A stretch of 64,000 nt of DNA from Coprothermobacterota bacterium (lineage in GTDB: Bacteria; Coprothermobacterota; Coprothermobacteria; Coprothermobacterales; Coprothermobacteraceae), in the NCBI GenBank assembly GCA_036679065.1, contig JAZIGN010000004.1, positions 131,251 to 195,250 of the forward strand, in the 5' to 3' direction. This document shows positions 38,003-47,416 of the stretch, piece by piece. The notes beneath the pieces were generated by a model. That model was not told the origin of the DNA, did no database searches, and worked only from the letters and a program-made list of their open reading frames with translations. Within the stretch, counting starts at the first letter, position 1. Each line of letters begins with the position of its first letter. Both the position numbers and the translations under genes were made by a program.

Positions 38003-38882
38003 CATGTTCGACTTTTGGTATTTCTTGTTGAGGGGCTTACAGTTAAGCGCACCCATGGCATATGGTGCTTTAGGTGCGGTTTACTCTGAAACTGGTGGTG
38101 TAGTGAACATCGCAGTAGAAGGTATGATGCTCACCGGTACTTTCTTCTTCGTCTGGGGAGCAACGCTTTTTAAGAGCTGGATAGCAGGACTACTGTTTGC
38201 TATCGTAGGAGCCGTACTTATATCACTGATTCATGGATTGGCCACTATAACCTTTAAGGTTAATCATGTTGTAAGCGGCACTGCTCTGAACATATTGGCA
38301 TCAGGACTCACAAGATTCCTGAGCATGCAAATCTTTGGTATGGAAACCCAGAGTGCTGTTAATCCTTATACACCACCCACATTTCTTCGAATAAACGTGA
38401 TCGCTTACTTTTTCATACCTCTGGCTATATTTACCGTGTGGTTGCTTAATAGGACGCGTTTTGGTTTGCGTCTTCGTAGCTGTGGTCAAAACCCTTGGGC
38501 AGCGGATTCTCTTGGAGTGAATGTCTATGGATACAAGTATGTTGGTGTCATTTTGTCTGGCATTTTTGCCGGTCTTGCTGCCGCAACGCTTTATCCACAT
38601 CAGTGGATCGATGCCATGACTGCAGGGCGCGGCTTCTTAGCATTGGCGGCTATGATCTTTGGTAATTACAATCCGCTATATGCTGTTTTCGCTGCCATGT
38701 TGTTCGGTTATGCTGAAACACTCACGTACTTCCAAAACCAGATACCTCTGCTGAGTGGCATATCCCCCATACTGATTAAGGCTTTCCCGTATGTCCTTGC
38801 TCTTATTGTTCTGGCCGGGTTCTTGGGAAAGACAAAACCGCCTAAGGCTGACGGTGTCATTTTTGAAAAAGGTGAAGGTTAA
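37995..38882 (+). CDS. Nucleoside ABC permease
   Basis: SE.GGVVNI..EG.ML, GLRLR..G.NP.AADS.GVNV, GRGF.ALAA.IFG, PYV. Confidence 0.9.
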   Translation: MVSMFDFWYFLLRGLQLSAPMAYGALGAVYSETGGVVNIAVEGMMLTGTFFFVWGATLFKSWIAGLLFAIVGAVLISLIHGLATITFKVNHVVSGTALNILASGLTRFLSMQIFGMETQSAVNPYTPPTFLRINVIAYFFIPLAIFTVWLLNRTRFGLRLRSCGQNPWAADSLGVNVYGYKYVGVILSGIFAGLAAATLYPHQWIDAMTAGRGFLALAAMIFGNYNPLYAVFAAMLFGYAETLTYFQNQIPLLSGISPILIKAFPYVLALIVLAGFLGKTKPPKADGVIFEKGEG

Positions 38883-38902
38883 GCATAAACATTTAAGCTT
38901 AC

Positions 38903-38938
38903 AAGGGTCCAAGCTTCCTTGGGGGCTTGGACCCTTTT
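38903..38938. terminator. Terminator between convergent ABC permease and nfo
   Basis: AAGGGTCCAAGC...GCTTGGACCCTTTT. Confidence 0.75.
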
Positions 38939-38939
38939 C

Positions 38940-39749
38940 TTATTCGACCATCATCTTTTTTAAAACCGCAATGTTTTTTCTATTGTTATCGGGTTTGTCC
39001 TGGGGTGTTTCTAGTATTATCGATGTACCGTTGTTTTGAGCTCTCACCATTTTCTTTAACGGGCCGTATCCAATGGAGCCTTCGCCCAAGTTTTCATGTA
39101 CATCCCTAGATGAGCCAATAGGCGTTTTCAAATCGTTCAAATGGACTACTCGGATGCGGAGAGCTAACTCATAAAATCGCTTGTCTTCGAGAATCTGCAA
39201 AATGTCAAACCCAGCTGCAGCCAAATGTGCAGTGTCTAGACATATGGCGGCAGGATATGAGATAGAGGCCTGACGAGCTACATCCAAAACGAAATAAGGA
39301 TCCGCGCCAACAAACTTTGCTGCTGCAACGTTTTCCAAGAGAAGTGGAATATTGGAAGATATCATAGAGAGGTATCGCGAGTATTCTTCAAGGAAAACAA
39401 GCTCTTGTTCTGGGTGTTGCATGTCCAGGTGAGCTACGTAACCATCTATACCAAGATCTGACGCTAATGAAAGATCCTCTTTGAGTTTTTTCCATGACTT
39501 TGTCCTGACAGACCCCCTAGGACTTGCTAAGTGTACTAGATAAGGTGAATGCACAAACACAGTCTTCACCCCAAAATCGTTTCTTGCTCTCTCTATGAGA
39601 CTCTCAAAGCGGTATAGTCCCTTCATAGGAGTCCATGACAGTGGACTTTCCAGAAAAATCTGGAACGAATTTATTTGCAGCTCGTCTATTTGCTTTAGGA
39701 TTGCGTCTGTCCCATCACTAATGTTGAGGTGTATACCTGTGTAAACCAT
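38940..39749 (-). CDS. nfo: Endonuclease IV (AP endonuclease 2 family)
   Basis: G.H, Q.F, HSPYL..LAS, LLEN, CLDTAH, HLND, D.HENLGEG.IG, ILETP. Start could be 39749 or 39767. Confidence 0.85.
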   Translation of the reverse strand: MVYTGIHLNISDGTDAILKQIDELQINSFQIFLESPLSWTPMKGLYRFESLIERARNDFGVKTVFVHSPYLVHLASPRGSVRTKSWKKLKEDLSLASDLGIDGYVAHLDMQHPEQELVFLEEYSRYLSMISSNIPLLLENVAAAKFVGADPYFVLDVARQASISYPAAICLDTAHLAAAGFDILQILEDKRFYELALRIRVVHLNDLKTPIGSSRDVHENLGEGSIGYGPLKKMVRAQNNGTSIILETPQDKPDNNRKNIAVLKKMMVE

Positions 39750-39806
39750 AACGTTTTGAACCTGCACTTTCTTATCGTTTGGTATCTTGTCTACTATAAT
39801 ATGATT

Positions 39807-40442
39807 ATGAACTATTGGCCTTCATTATATGCCTTCGTCAGAAGCAGAAAAGAGAATGAAGATTTAATACTTGCAGACATGTTATTCCTCTTGGAGAACG
39901 GTACCTTCTCACTAGAGCATGAGGACAACCAATTGTGTCTGGTTAGAAAGAGCAATGGGACTACTGGACATCCAGTGTTTGATGTTATCGGTTCATCAGC
40001 AAATGCTACTGATTTAGCAGATTTCGCATTTTCTTTGCGCGAAAAATTCTTCCTTTGGGTGATAAAAGGCAGCGAACCTTACATTAGGTGGGATATTGAG
40101 AATTTGCTCAACAGTTTGAGTTTGTGGATGTGGCTTATAAGTCTTGTGGGCTGGGTGCCCTTTTACTTTCTACATGTGACATCCATTCTCTGGATATGGT
40201 TCTTCCTACCCACTATTGCTTTAGTAATCTCGATGGTTAAAGCTCCTTTAACCATCGATGGTCAGAACCTACTCAAGGACGGCAATAAGAACAACGCTAT
40301 TTCTTTTAAGGTAGCTCGCAATGGTCTTAAAGGACTTAAAGGTACCGACGCTGATCTCATACAATTCTCAAAGTTATTCAAAACGCTATATAGAGGTAGA
40401 TCGGTAAGGCCACAGAAGACAGAGAAGCGGCCAACAATATAA
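39807..40442 (+). CDS. Hypothetical membrane protein
   Basis: ORF with two Trp-rich TM segments. ATG 39807 lies 6 nt after TATAAT. Confidence 0.6.
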   Translation: MNYWPSLYAFVRSRKENEDLILADMLFLLENGTFSLEHEDNQLCLVRKSNGTTGHPVFDVIGSSANATDLADFAFSLREKFFLWVIKGSEPYIRWDIENLLNSLSLWMWLISLVGWVPFYFLHVTSILWIWFFLPTIALVISMVKAPLTIDGQNLLKDGNKNNAISFKVARNGLKGLKGTDADLIQFSKLFKTLYRGRSVRPQKTEKRPTI

Positions 40443-40541
40443 TTTTTAACTATTGTATTTTTCTTTCATCTGAGTGCTATAATATCCATACACTTACAAT
40501 GGACGACATCTGAGTTGTCCATAAATTGGGAGGGGTGCTTT

Positions 40542-41327
40542 GTGGTTGACTTAAAAGCAATAGCAGATCAATACGACATCGATCTAGAACAGCTTCAGCT
40601 TGAGAAGGGAGAGGTAAGCTTAGAAGTGCTTCAAGCGTATATTGTCGAGCACTTTTATCCGAGAATTCAGAAAGAGGAGAAATTACTAGGTTTCAGAAAA
40701 GTTATAGCTGAGCGGCTATCAGAAAGCTATAGGAATGCCGTGCACGTGACAATTAACATGGATATCGATCCTACTAATTTGCTTGTTCTAAAAGAGAAAA
40801 CACAGGGTAACCCAAGCTTGACTGTAATAATGCTAAAACTAGTTGCTTTTGCGCTAAAGGATTGTCCAAATTTAAATGCTACTTTGGAAGACAATGTTAT
40901 AAAGGTGTATGATTCCGTAAACATCTGTGTGGCAGTGGATGCTCCCTATGGGCTGGTTACACCTGTAATAAGAGACGTTGACAAGAAAAGCGTTGCAGAC
41001 CTAGTAACTGAATACGAAGATGTGGTTTCACGAGCGAGAGCAGGCCAACTAAAAGAAAAAGATTTTGTGGGTGGAACATTTACAATAACAAACTTGGGTA
41101 TGCTGGGAGTGGACTCCTTCACACCAGTAATTAACCCACCGCAGGTGGCTATTCTCGGTATAAACAGAATCAAGGATGTTGTGGTACTTGAAAACAATGA
41201 ACCACGCTTAGCAAAAAGCATGACACTTTCTTTGAGCGTTGATCACCGAGTTGTAGATGGTGCTCCAGGAGCTCGTTTTCTGCAAAAAGTTAAAGAATAT
41301 TTTGAGAATGCAAGTGCACTTGAGTAG
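40542..41327 (+). CDS. 2-oxoacid/acetoin dehydrogenase E2 acyltransferase catalytic core (no lipoyl domain)
   Basis: RK.IA.R...S, P.LNA, AVD...GL.TPVI, GGTFTITNLG, P.INPP, DHRVVDG. SD GGAGGGG before GTG 40542. Confidence 0.9.
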   Translation: MVDLKAIADQYDIDLEQLQLEKGEVSLEVLQAYIVEHFYPRIQKEEKLLGFRKVIAERLSESYRNAVHVTINMDIDPTNLLVLKEKTQGNPSLTVIMLKLVAFALKDCPNLNATLEDNVIKVYDSVNICVAVDAPYGLVTPVIRDVDKKSVADLVTEYEDVVSRARAGQLKEKDFVGGTFTITNLGMLGVDSFTPVINPPQVAILGINRIKDVVVLENNEPRLAKSMTLSLSVDHRVVDGAPGARFLQKVKEYFENASALE

Positions 41328-41384
41328 CCAAGTTCCGCCAAGGGCGGCATCAGTTCTTAAGGTTGAAAGGAGTTTTTAGCCACT

Positions 41385-42377
41385 ATGAAGAAACACTCTA
41401 TTGGCATCATTGCCAATCCCCAGTCAGGTAGAGACATACGGAGATTAGTAGCTCACGCTTCTGTCTTTGATAACGAGGAAAAAGTCAACATTGTTGAGAG
41501 GCTTCTAGCCACTTGGAACACGATGGGGCTAAGTTCTGTGCTGTTCATGCCAGATTCCTACAATATTGTTTACAGGGCAGCAGAACGTATCAGAAACTTA
41601 AGAGTTAATCTTAAGCAGCTTGAGATGAAACCACTCTTTACAGACAAAGATACATTAATAGCGGCTTCACTAATGCAAGGAAACGTAGACGCCATTGTGG
41701 TAATAGGCGGAGACGGAACAAACAGAGCAGCGATCAAAGGGCTAAATCCAAAGGATTCCACCCCAATTGTTAGCATATCAACCGGAACCAATAACGTCTT
41801 TCCTTCTATGGTCGAAGCAACTATTGCTGCTCTCGCTGCTTGGACTATGACCTCAGAAAGAATAGATCAAAAGCAGGTCACCAATCAAGAAAAATTCCTC
41901 AAAATTTCATGGGACGGCAATGAGGATATAGCTTTGATAGATATAGCTTTCACGAAGGAACGTTTTGTAGGTTCCAGAGCTGTTTGGGATCCAAAATCCA
42001 TAAGCGCGGTATTTTGCTCCAGAGCCCGACCTGAGAACGTTGGTTTTTCCTCGCTTTTGGGCTTTCTCTGTCCATCTAACCAGTACGACCCGTACGGTTC
42101 TTACGCCATACTAGATTCATCTGGAGAGTCAATATTGTTTCCCATGGCTCCAGGGAAGATTGAACTCGTGCAAGTAGGGGAGTACGGCCATTTCGAAGAA
42201 AACAAACCTTTCACTTTCGTATTGCGTGACGGAACGGTAGCTTTGGACGGTGAAAGAGAAATTGAAGTCTTCCGCCCAACAGAGTTTGCCATAGAGCTTT
42301 CCTGCAAAGGTCCTTTGACAGTGGATGTCCCAAGAGCTTTGAAGTTAGGCGTGGAAGAAGGCTTGTTTAAAAACTAG
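41385..42377 (+). CDS. acoX: AcoX-like protein (ATP-NAD kinase family, acetoin catabolism)
   Basis: GIIANP.SG.DIRRLVA.A, GGDGTNR, STGTNN.FP, GSRA.W, GT.ALDGERE. Confidence 0.85.
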   Translation: MKKHSIGIIANPQSGRDIRRLVAHASVFDNEEKVNIVERLLATWNTMGLSSVLFMPDSYNIVYRAAERIRNLRVNLKQLEMKPLFTDKDTLIAASLMQGNVDAIVVIGGDGTNRAAIKGLNPKDSTPIVSISTGTNNVFPSMVEATIAALAAWTMTSERIDQKQVTNQEKFLKISWDGNEDIALIDIAFTKERFVGSRAVWDPKSISAVFCSRARPENVGFSSLLGFLCPSNQYDPYGSYAILDSSGESILFPMAPGKIELVQVGEYGHFEENKPFTFVLRDGTVALDGEREIEVFRPTEFAIELSCKGPLTVDVPRALKLGVEEGLFKN

Positions 42378-42386
42378 CTTTGAGCA

Positions 42387-43073
42387 ATGAACACCCTTAA
42401 AATACTAAGGAACGATAGAACTGACCCTTTGGAGAATTTGTCTGTTGAGAAAAGCCTTTTAGAGCTCGAACTACATGATGACGTGGTATTGATGCTATGG
42501 CAAAACGAATGTTGCGTAGTTGTGGGTAGATTTCAGAATCCCGATTATGAAGTTAACCTGGATTACGTGCATGCAAAAAAAATACCGGTTATTCGCAGGT
42601 TTACCGGCGGCGGAACGGTGTACCAAGACTTAGGGAATCTTAACATCACCTTATGTAAGGAGAAAGACAACATTGTTTTTTCTCATTACGTCCTGGACGA
42701 AGCAAAAGCTATAGCTAACATATTGGCAGAAACAGTTAGGAAACTGACTAATGCTCCCGTGGTGGTGGACGACCGTGCCGGCATCTTCATAGAAGGTAGA
42801 AAAATATCAGGCTCTAGTACAGCGATTACGGCACATAAGTTTTTCTATCACTCGACATTGCTTGTGAACTCTGATTTGCAGGCGCTTAAAGAGTGCCTGA
42901 AATGGGAAGAGACATATCCCGAGGATCAACGCGATTTCGTCAAAAGTAAAAGATCTCAAGTAGCGAATTTGTCAGAATATGCACCGAACGTCACACTAAA
43001 CATGGTCAAAGAAGCAATCATTTGTGAGTTCGTTCATAGTTTAGCTCCAAAGGACGTCATGTTCCTAGGTTAG
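42387..43073 (+). CDS. Lipoate-protein ligase family protein (catalytic domain only)
   Basis: WQN....VG.FQ, RR.TGGGTVY.D.GNLN, KISG, H.TLL. 228 aa. Confidence 0.88.
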   Translation: MNTLKILRNDRTDPLENLSVEKSLLELELHDDVVLMLWQNECCVVVGRFQNPDYEVNLDYVHAKKIPVIRRFTGGGTVYQDLGNLNITLCKEKDNIVFSHYVLDEAKAIANILAETVRKLTNAPVVVDDRAGIFIEGRKISGSSTAITAHKFFYHSTLLVNSDLQALKECLKWEETYPEDQRDFVKSKRSQVANLSEYAPNVTLNMVKEAIICEFVHSLAPKDVMFLG

Positions 43074-43115
43074 CAGGAGAGGGGACTTTGGTATATTGAA
43101 GGTCCCGTCTCCTGC
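43073..43115. terminator. Hairpin between convergent transcription units
   Basis: GCAGGAGA.GGGAC...GTCCC.TCTCCTGC. Confidence 0.55.
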
Positions 43116-43138
43116 ATTGCTTTGTTTCCTGTAGGGTG

Positions 43139-43366
43139 CTATTCTATGTATCCGATGATTTCTCCTTCGCGGATTTCCTCGTTTGGATTCTTAACGATTT
43201 TCAATTTTCCCGATAGAGGAGCCTGTATGTGCAGTGTGGTCTTTTCAATCATAACCTCGGCTATTTCTTCACCCTCTTTTACTTCATCGCCACCATTCTT
43301 ATACCACCTAACTACGTAACCTACTTTGCCTTGAGTACTAATAACAGGTACTTTTATTTCAACCAT
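43139..43366 (-). CDS. Stand-alone lipoyl-domain protein
   Basis: EIKVP, V.RWYK..GD.VKEGE.IAEV..EK....I.AP.SG.L, G..IG.I. SD GAGGAG. Confidence 0.88.
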   Translation of the reverse strand: MVEIKVPVISTQGKVGYVVRWYKNGGDEVKEGEEIAEVMIEKTTLHIQAPLSGKLKIVKNPNEEIREGEIIGYIE

Positions 43367-43367
43367 A

Positions 43368-44378
43368 TTAGCTCTCCTCACACATTTCTTTTACAAGTTT
43401 GACAATCTTGTCTTTAGATGGCAACACGAATTTTTCCAGAGGTCTGCTGTAGGGTAGTGGCACATCAGGTACGGCTATTCTTCTTGGAGGCACTTTGAGG
43501 CTAGATAAAGCACTTTCAGCTGCCACCGCGATTATTTCTCCAGTTAATCCATAGCTCAGATAATCCTCATCTACAACTAGGAGCCTGCCAGTTTTTGCAA
43601 CGGAGTTCAAGATGGTTTGCTTGTCAAGGGGCACAAGTGTTCGAAGATCAATAATTTCAACGCTTATTCCTTCTTTGTCCAGTTCCTGTGCAGCCCACAG
43701 TGCTTCATATACCATCCTAGACGCGGTAACTATGGTAATGTCGCCACCTTGACGGACGATCTTAGCTTGCCCAAAGGGAATAGTATAAGGTTCTTCTGGA
43801 ACTTCTACAGCTGCCTCCTCAGGTGAAGGCATCCAACCGAGCCCTTGGAGTCCTTTGTGGAAGAAATACATGACTGGGTTATCGTCCCTTATAGCTGATA
43901 TCATAAGACCTTTTGCGTCATAAGAGTTGGAAGGAACAACCACCTTTAGTCCGGGTACATGTGCAAAAATACCATACAAGGTTTGAGAATGTTGTGCAGC
44001 ATCGCTATATCCAGCTCCTATGGCGGTCATAATTACCACTGGAACCTTTACATTTCCATTGGACATGTAGGTGACTTTGGCGATGTGGTTGTATATTTGA
44101 TCCATAGCGACACCAAAGAAGTCCACAAACATGAGCTCTACAATTGGCCTCATTCCCTTTGAAGCAGCACCTAAAGCTCCTCCTATGAAGGCAGATTCGC
44201 TTATAGGCGTATCCTTAACTCGATCGGGTCCAAACTTATCAAGAAGTCCCGTAGTGGCTCCGAAAATGCCACCATATGCTCCAATGTCTTCACCCATAAC
44301 AAATACTGAGCTGTCCCGCTTCATTTCCTGTGCAATTGCTTCCGCTATAGCCATGTACATGGGTAGCTTTCTTGCCAT
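43368..44378 (-). CDS. Acetoin/2-oxoacid dehydrogenase E1 beta subunit
   Basis: GEDIG.YGG.F, DTPISE, E.MF.DF, AAQHSQ, PGLKVV.PS, DLRTLVPLD. Confidence 0.93.
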   Translation of the reverse strand: MARKLPMYMAIAEAIAQEMKRDSSVFVMGEDIGAYGGIFGATTGLLDKFGPDRVKDTPISESAFIGGALGAASKGMRPIVELMFVDFFGVAMDQIYNHIAKVTYMSNGNVKVPVVIMTAIGAGYSDAAQHSQTLYGIFAHVPGLKVVVPSNSYDAKGLMISAIRDDNPVMYFFHKGLQGLGWMPSPEEAAVEVPEEPYTIPFGQAKIVRQGGDITIVTASRMVYEALWAAQELDKEGISVEIIDLRTLVPLDKQTILNSVAKTGRLLVVDEDYLSYGLTGEIIAVAAESALSSLKVPPRRIAVPDVPLPYSRPLEKFVLPSKDKIVKLVKEMCEES

Positions 44379-44379
44379 T

Positions 44380-45375
44380 CTACTCACCCCCTATGAAAAC
44401 ATTTTCAAGAGCTTCATGCTCCTCGGGGTACTCGCTTTGTCTGGCGTACTCAATAATCTCATCTATCTCAGCCACTATAGCATTTTGCAGATTCTGCAGT
44501 TCTTGTTCACTAACTAAACTTCTATCAAGCAATTGCTTTTCCAAATACTTCACCGGGTCATTATTCATGGCTTCTTCTAAGTCTTCTTTTGATCTGTAAA
44601 TCTGTGCGTCACCTTCGAAGTGTCCCCTTAGCCTATAAACTTTTATTTCAACGAGACTGGGCCCTTCACCATTTCTAGCCCTGTCAACTGCTTCCTTGGC
44701 TACCTCGTAGACAGCAACGACGTCTTTACCATCCACATACACCCCAGGAATGCCATACGCTTTCGCTCTTTCACTGTTTCTTGAAAGGGACGTAGATTTA
44801 TCCTTTGGTACTGATATAGCCCAGGAGTTATCTTCGATTACAAAGATCACAGGCAGCTTCCAGAGTGCAGCTAAGTTTAGGGATTCATGGAACGTACCTT
44901 GGTTTGCAGCACCTTCTCCACCAACTGCCACAGCAATATAGTCAGCTCCTTGCTGTTTGGCAGCAATGCCTACACCTACCGCTTGAGGGAAACTTGCGCC
45001 CACAATACCGCTGCAGCTAAAATTCACCTTTGGGTCAAACAAGTGCATATGTCCACCTTTTCCAGCAGACAGCCCTGTGCGTTTTCCAAAGATTTCGGCG
45101 GTCATGGCTCTAAGATCCACGCCTTTTGCAATGGCAAAGTGGTGTATACGGTGGGTTCCTACCACTGCATCTTCAGGCTTTAAATGAGCACAGACACCCA
45201 CAGCGGAGGATTCTTGACCGCTAGAAAGGTGCAATTCACCTGGAATGGGTCCCGCAGAAATGTCGAAAATGGGGGATTTGCCTTCGTAGTAGATCTTACC
45301 CAATGTTTCTTCGTAGTACCGAATTTCATACATGGTTCTGTACAAAGATAATAGTACCTGCTCAGAAATCTCCAT
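44380..45375 (-). CDS. Acetoin/2-oxoacid dehydrogenase E1 alpha subunit
   Basis: HL..GQE, THR.H, GKGG.MH, TPP motif GEGAANQG...N, YR..GHFEGD. SD AGGAGGTGA. Confidence 0.93.
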   Translation of the reverse strand: MEISEQVLLSLYRTMYEIRYYEETLGKIYYEGKSPIFDISAGPIPGELHLSSGQESSAVGVCAHLKPEDAVVGTHRIHHFAIAKGVDLRAMTAEIFGKRTGLSAGKGGHMHLFDPKVNFSCSGIVGASFPQAVGVGIAAKQQGADYIAVAVGGEGAANQGTFHESLNLAALWKLPVIFVIEDNSWAISVPKDKSTSLSRNSERAKAYGIPGVYVDGKDVVAVYEVAKEAVDRARNGEGPSLVEIKVYRLRGHFEGDAQIYRSKEDLEEAMNNDPVKYLEKQLLDRSLVSEQELQNLQNAIVAEIDEIIEYARQSEYPEEHEALENVFIGGE

Positions 45376-45555
45376 AATTCAGTATCACCTCCTGTGGAGA
45401 ATGATAGCACAAAGTTGAAGAAAGAAGACATAATTATCCTTGCACAATAGAAACATTCAAAATACGGAAAACTGTCACTAAAGGTAAGAAAAGCTTCAGT
45501 GTATAATGTTCTTAACCAGCTCTTGCTGGAATAGATATGAGGAGGAGGTCAGTCA

Positions 45556-46911
45556 ATGTCTGTTTTAAACTTTATTGTCAACGAGATTCTCAGCAAACCT
45601 GCATTATTAGTAGGTTTGATGTCCTTTGTTGGGCTTTTGGCTTTGAGAAAATCTTTTAGTGATGTACTTAGTGGTACGGTAAAGACCATCTTGGGCTTTC
45701 TTATTTTGTCTGCTGGAGCCAGTGTGGTCATCGCCACATTGGGCCCATTGGAAGTTATGGTAAAGGAGGCGTTCAACCTTCACGGTGTAATTCCCACAAA
45801 CGAAGCAATTGTAGCACTTGCACTTAAGGACTTTGCCACAGAAGTGGCTGCCATAATGGCACTTGGTTTCGTTGTGAACCTTATATTTGCTTTGATTACG
45901 CCTGCTAAATTTGTTTTCTTAACGGGGCATCATTTGCTTTACATGGCTACAGTTTTAGCTGTGGTGATTGGCAGCGCAGGAATAAAAGGGGCAAATCTGA
46001 TCATCTTGGGAGCCATTCTTCAAGGTACCATAGCCACCGTTATGCCAGCCCTGTTGCATCCATTTACTAAGAAACTCACTAATGATGCTGGTTTTGCTTT
46101 AGGTCACTACAACTCACTAGGATATCTGGTTTCTGCACTTATCGGCGGCTTAGTGGGGAAGGGGAGTCGGTCCACAGAAGACATAAAGGTGCCAGAGAAC
46201 CTCTCTTTCTTAAAAGAACCCTTGGTTATTACTAGCGTGGTCATGATAATAATTTACGTATTTCTTGCGTTAATGGCGGGACCAGCCGTACTTGAGCAGT
46301 TCGCCGAGGGTGGAAATTACATTATGTATGCAATTATGCAAGGGCTAACATTTGGAGCTGCCATAGGTATCATTATCTATGGTGTAAGGATGATACTCGC
46401 TGAATTGGTACCAGCTTTCCAAGGTATTGCTCAGAGTTTAATTCCAAACGCGGTACCTGCACTTGACTGTCCCACGGTATTTCCTTATGCTCCGAATGCT
46501 GTAGTTATTGGGTTCATATTCAGTGTCATAGGCGGAATTGTGGGTATGTTTTTGGTGGGCCCCTTGGGACTAGCATTGATTATTCCAGGCATGATTCCAC
46601 ACTTTTTCGACGGTGGTACAGCAGGGGTTTATGGCAACTCTACAGGAGGACTAACAGGTGCTGTCGTGGGATCTTTCGTGAACGGACTTTTGATAACGTT
46701 CTTACCAGCCTTGTTGCTGTCATTCATGGGTAACCTTGGGTTAGCCAATACAACCTTTGGAGATAGTGATTTTTGCTGGGCTGGTATTTTAGGCGGAAGC
46801 ATATCAAGATTAGGTACTACTGGGGCTTACTTAGGTATAATCTTAGTAAGCGTGGTACTTCTGGCTACTGCTAGTATTGTTTCTGTCCGCGCGAGGAAAT
46901 CAGCAGCATAG
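45556..46911 (+). CDS. ulaA: PTS ascorbate-family EIIC (UlaA/SgaT)
   Basis: G.VKT..GF.IL.AG, PTNEAI, FLTGHH, ALGH, GVRM...E.VPAF.GI, PALDCP, PHFF.GG.AG..GN, TF.DSD. Confidence 0.9.
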   Translation: MSVLNFIVNEILSKPALLVGLMSFVGLLALRKSFSDVLSGTVKTILGFLILSAGASVVIATLGPLEVMVKEAFNLHGVIPTNEAIVALALKDFATEVAAIMALGFVVNLIFALITPAKFVFLTGHHLLYMATVLAVVIGSAGIKGANLIILGAILQGTIATVMPALLHPFTKKLTNDAGFALGHYNSLGYLVSALIGGLVGKGSRSTEDIKVPENLSFLKEPLVITSVVMIIIYVFLALMAGPAVLEQFAEGGNYIMYAIMQGLTFGAAIGIIIYGVRMILAELVPAFQGIAQSLIPNAVPALDCPTVFPYAPNAVVIGFIFSVIGGIVGMFLVGPLGLALIIPGMIPHFFDGGTAGVYGNSTGGLTGAVVGSFVNGLLITFLPALLLSFMGNLGLANTTFGDSDFCWAGILGGSISRLGTTGAYLGIILVSVVLLATASIVSVRARKSAA

Positions 46912-46923
46912 GAGGAATTCTTA

Positions 46924-47226
46924 ATGTCTTTAAGCCAAGGTAAGAAGCTATCAATACTGGCTGTATGTGGTATGGGTTTGGGTTCTGGTGTTGTTCTAAA
47001 AATGACAATTGAAAAGGTCTTAAAGGAGCTTGGTATCAGCGCCGTTGTAAATGTTTCAGACGTAAGCAGTGCCAAATCTCAAAGTGCGGACATTGTAGTG
47101 ACTTCACCCGAATTTGCAAGTTCTTTTTCTAGCTCAAAAGAAAAACTTGTTCTAATAAAGAACTATGTTGACGCTAACGAAATGAAAGAAAAGCTTCAGC
47201 AGGCGCTCGAAGAGCTTCAGAAATAA
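46924..47226 (+). CDS. PTS EIIB component (UlaB/lactose-cellobiose fold)
   Basis: ILAVCGMGLGSG phosphoryl-Cys loop, AD.VVTS. Confidence 0.88.
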   Translation: MSLSQGKKLSILAVCGMGLGSGVVLKMTIEKVLKELGISAVVNVSDVSSAKSQSADIVVTSPEFASSFSSSKEKLVLIKNYVDANEMKEKLQQALEELQK

Positions 47227-47246
47227 GAGAGCGAAAAACTAGCGGC

Positions 47247-47291
47247 ACAGAGGGCTTGGAGCTCAAAGCGGGACTCCAAGCCCTCTGTTTT
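47247..47291 (+). terminator. Intrinsic terminator after the PTS genes
   Basis: ACAGAGGGCTTGGAG...CTCCAAGCCCTCTGTTTT. Confidence 0.8.
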
Positions 47292-47350
47292 GAAACATAA
47301 TGCACATTATCGGAAGCGATAAATCAGGCAACTTTTTCCACGAACCTATC

Positions 47351-47414
47351 AAAAAGAAATTCCCAGCCTGAACCGCGTTCAAGTCTTTATTACGCTGGTC
47401 CAAGCTGGGAAAAA
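47351..47414 (-). terminator. Probable terminator after the Hsp100 gene
   Basis: TTCCCAGC...GCTGGGAA stem with a U-rich tail on the minus strand. Confidence 0.6.
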
Positions 47415-47416
47415 GC

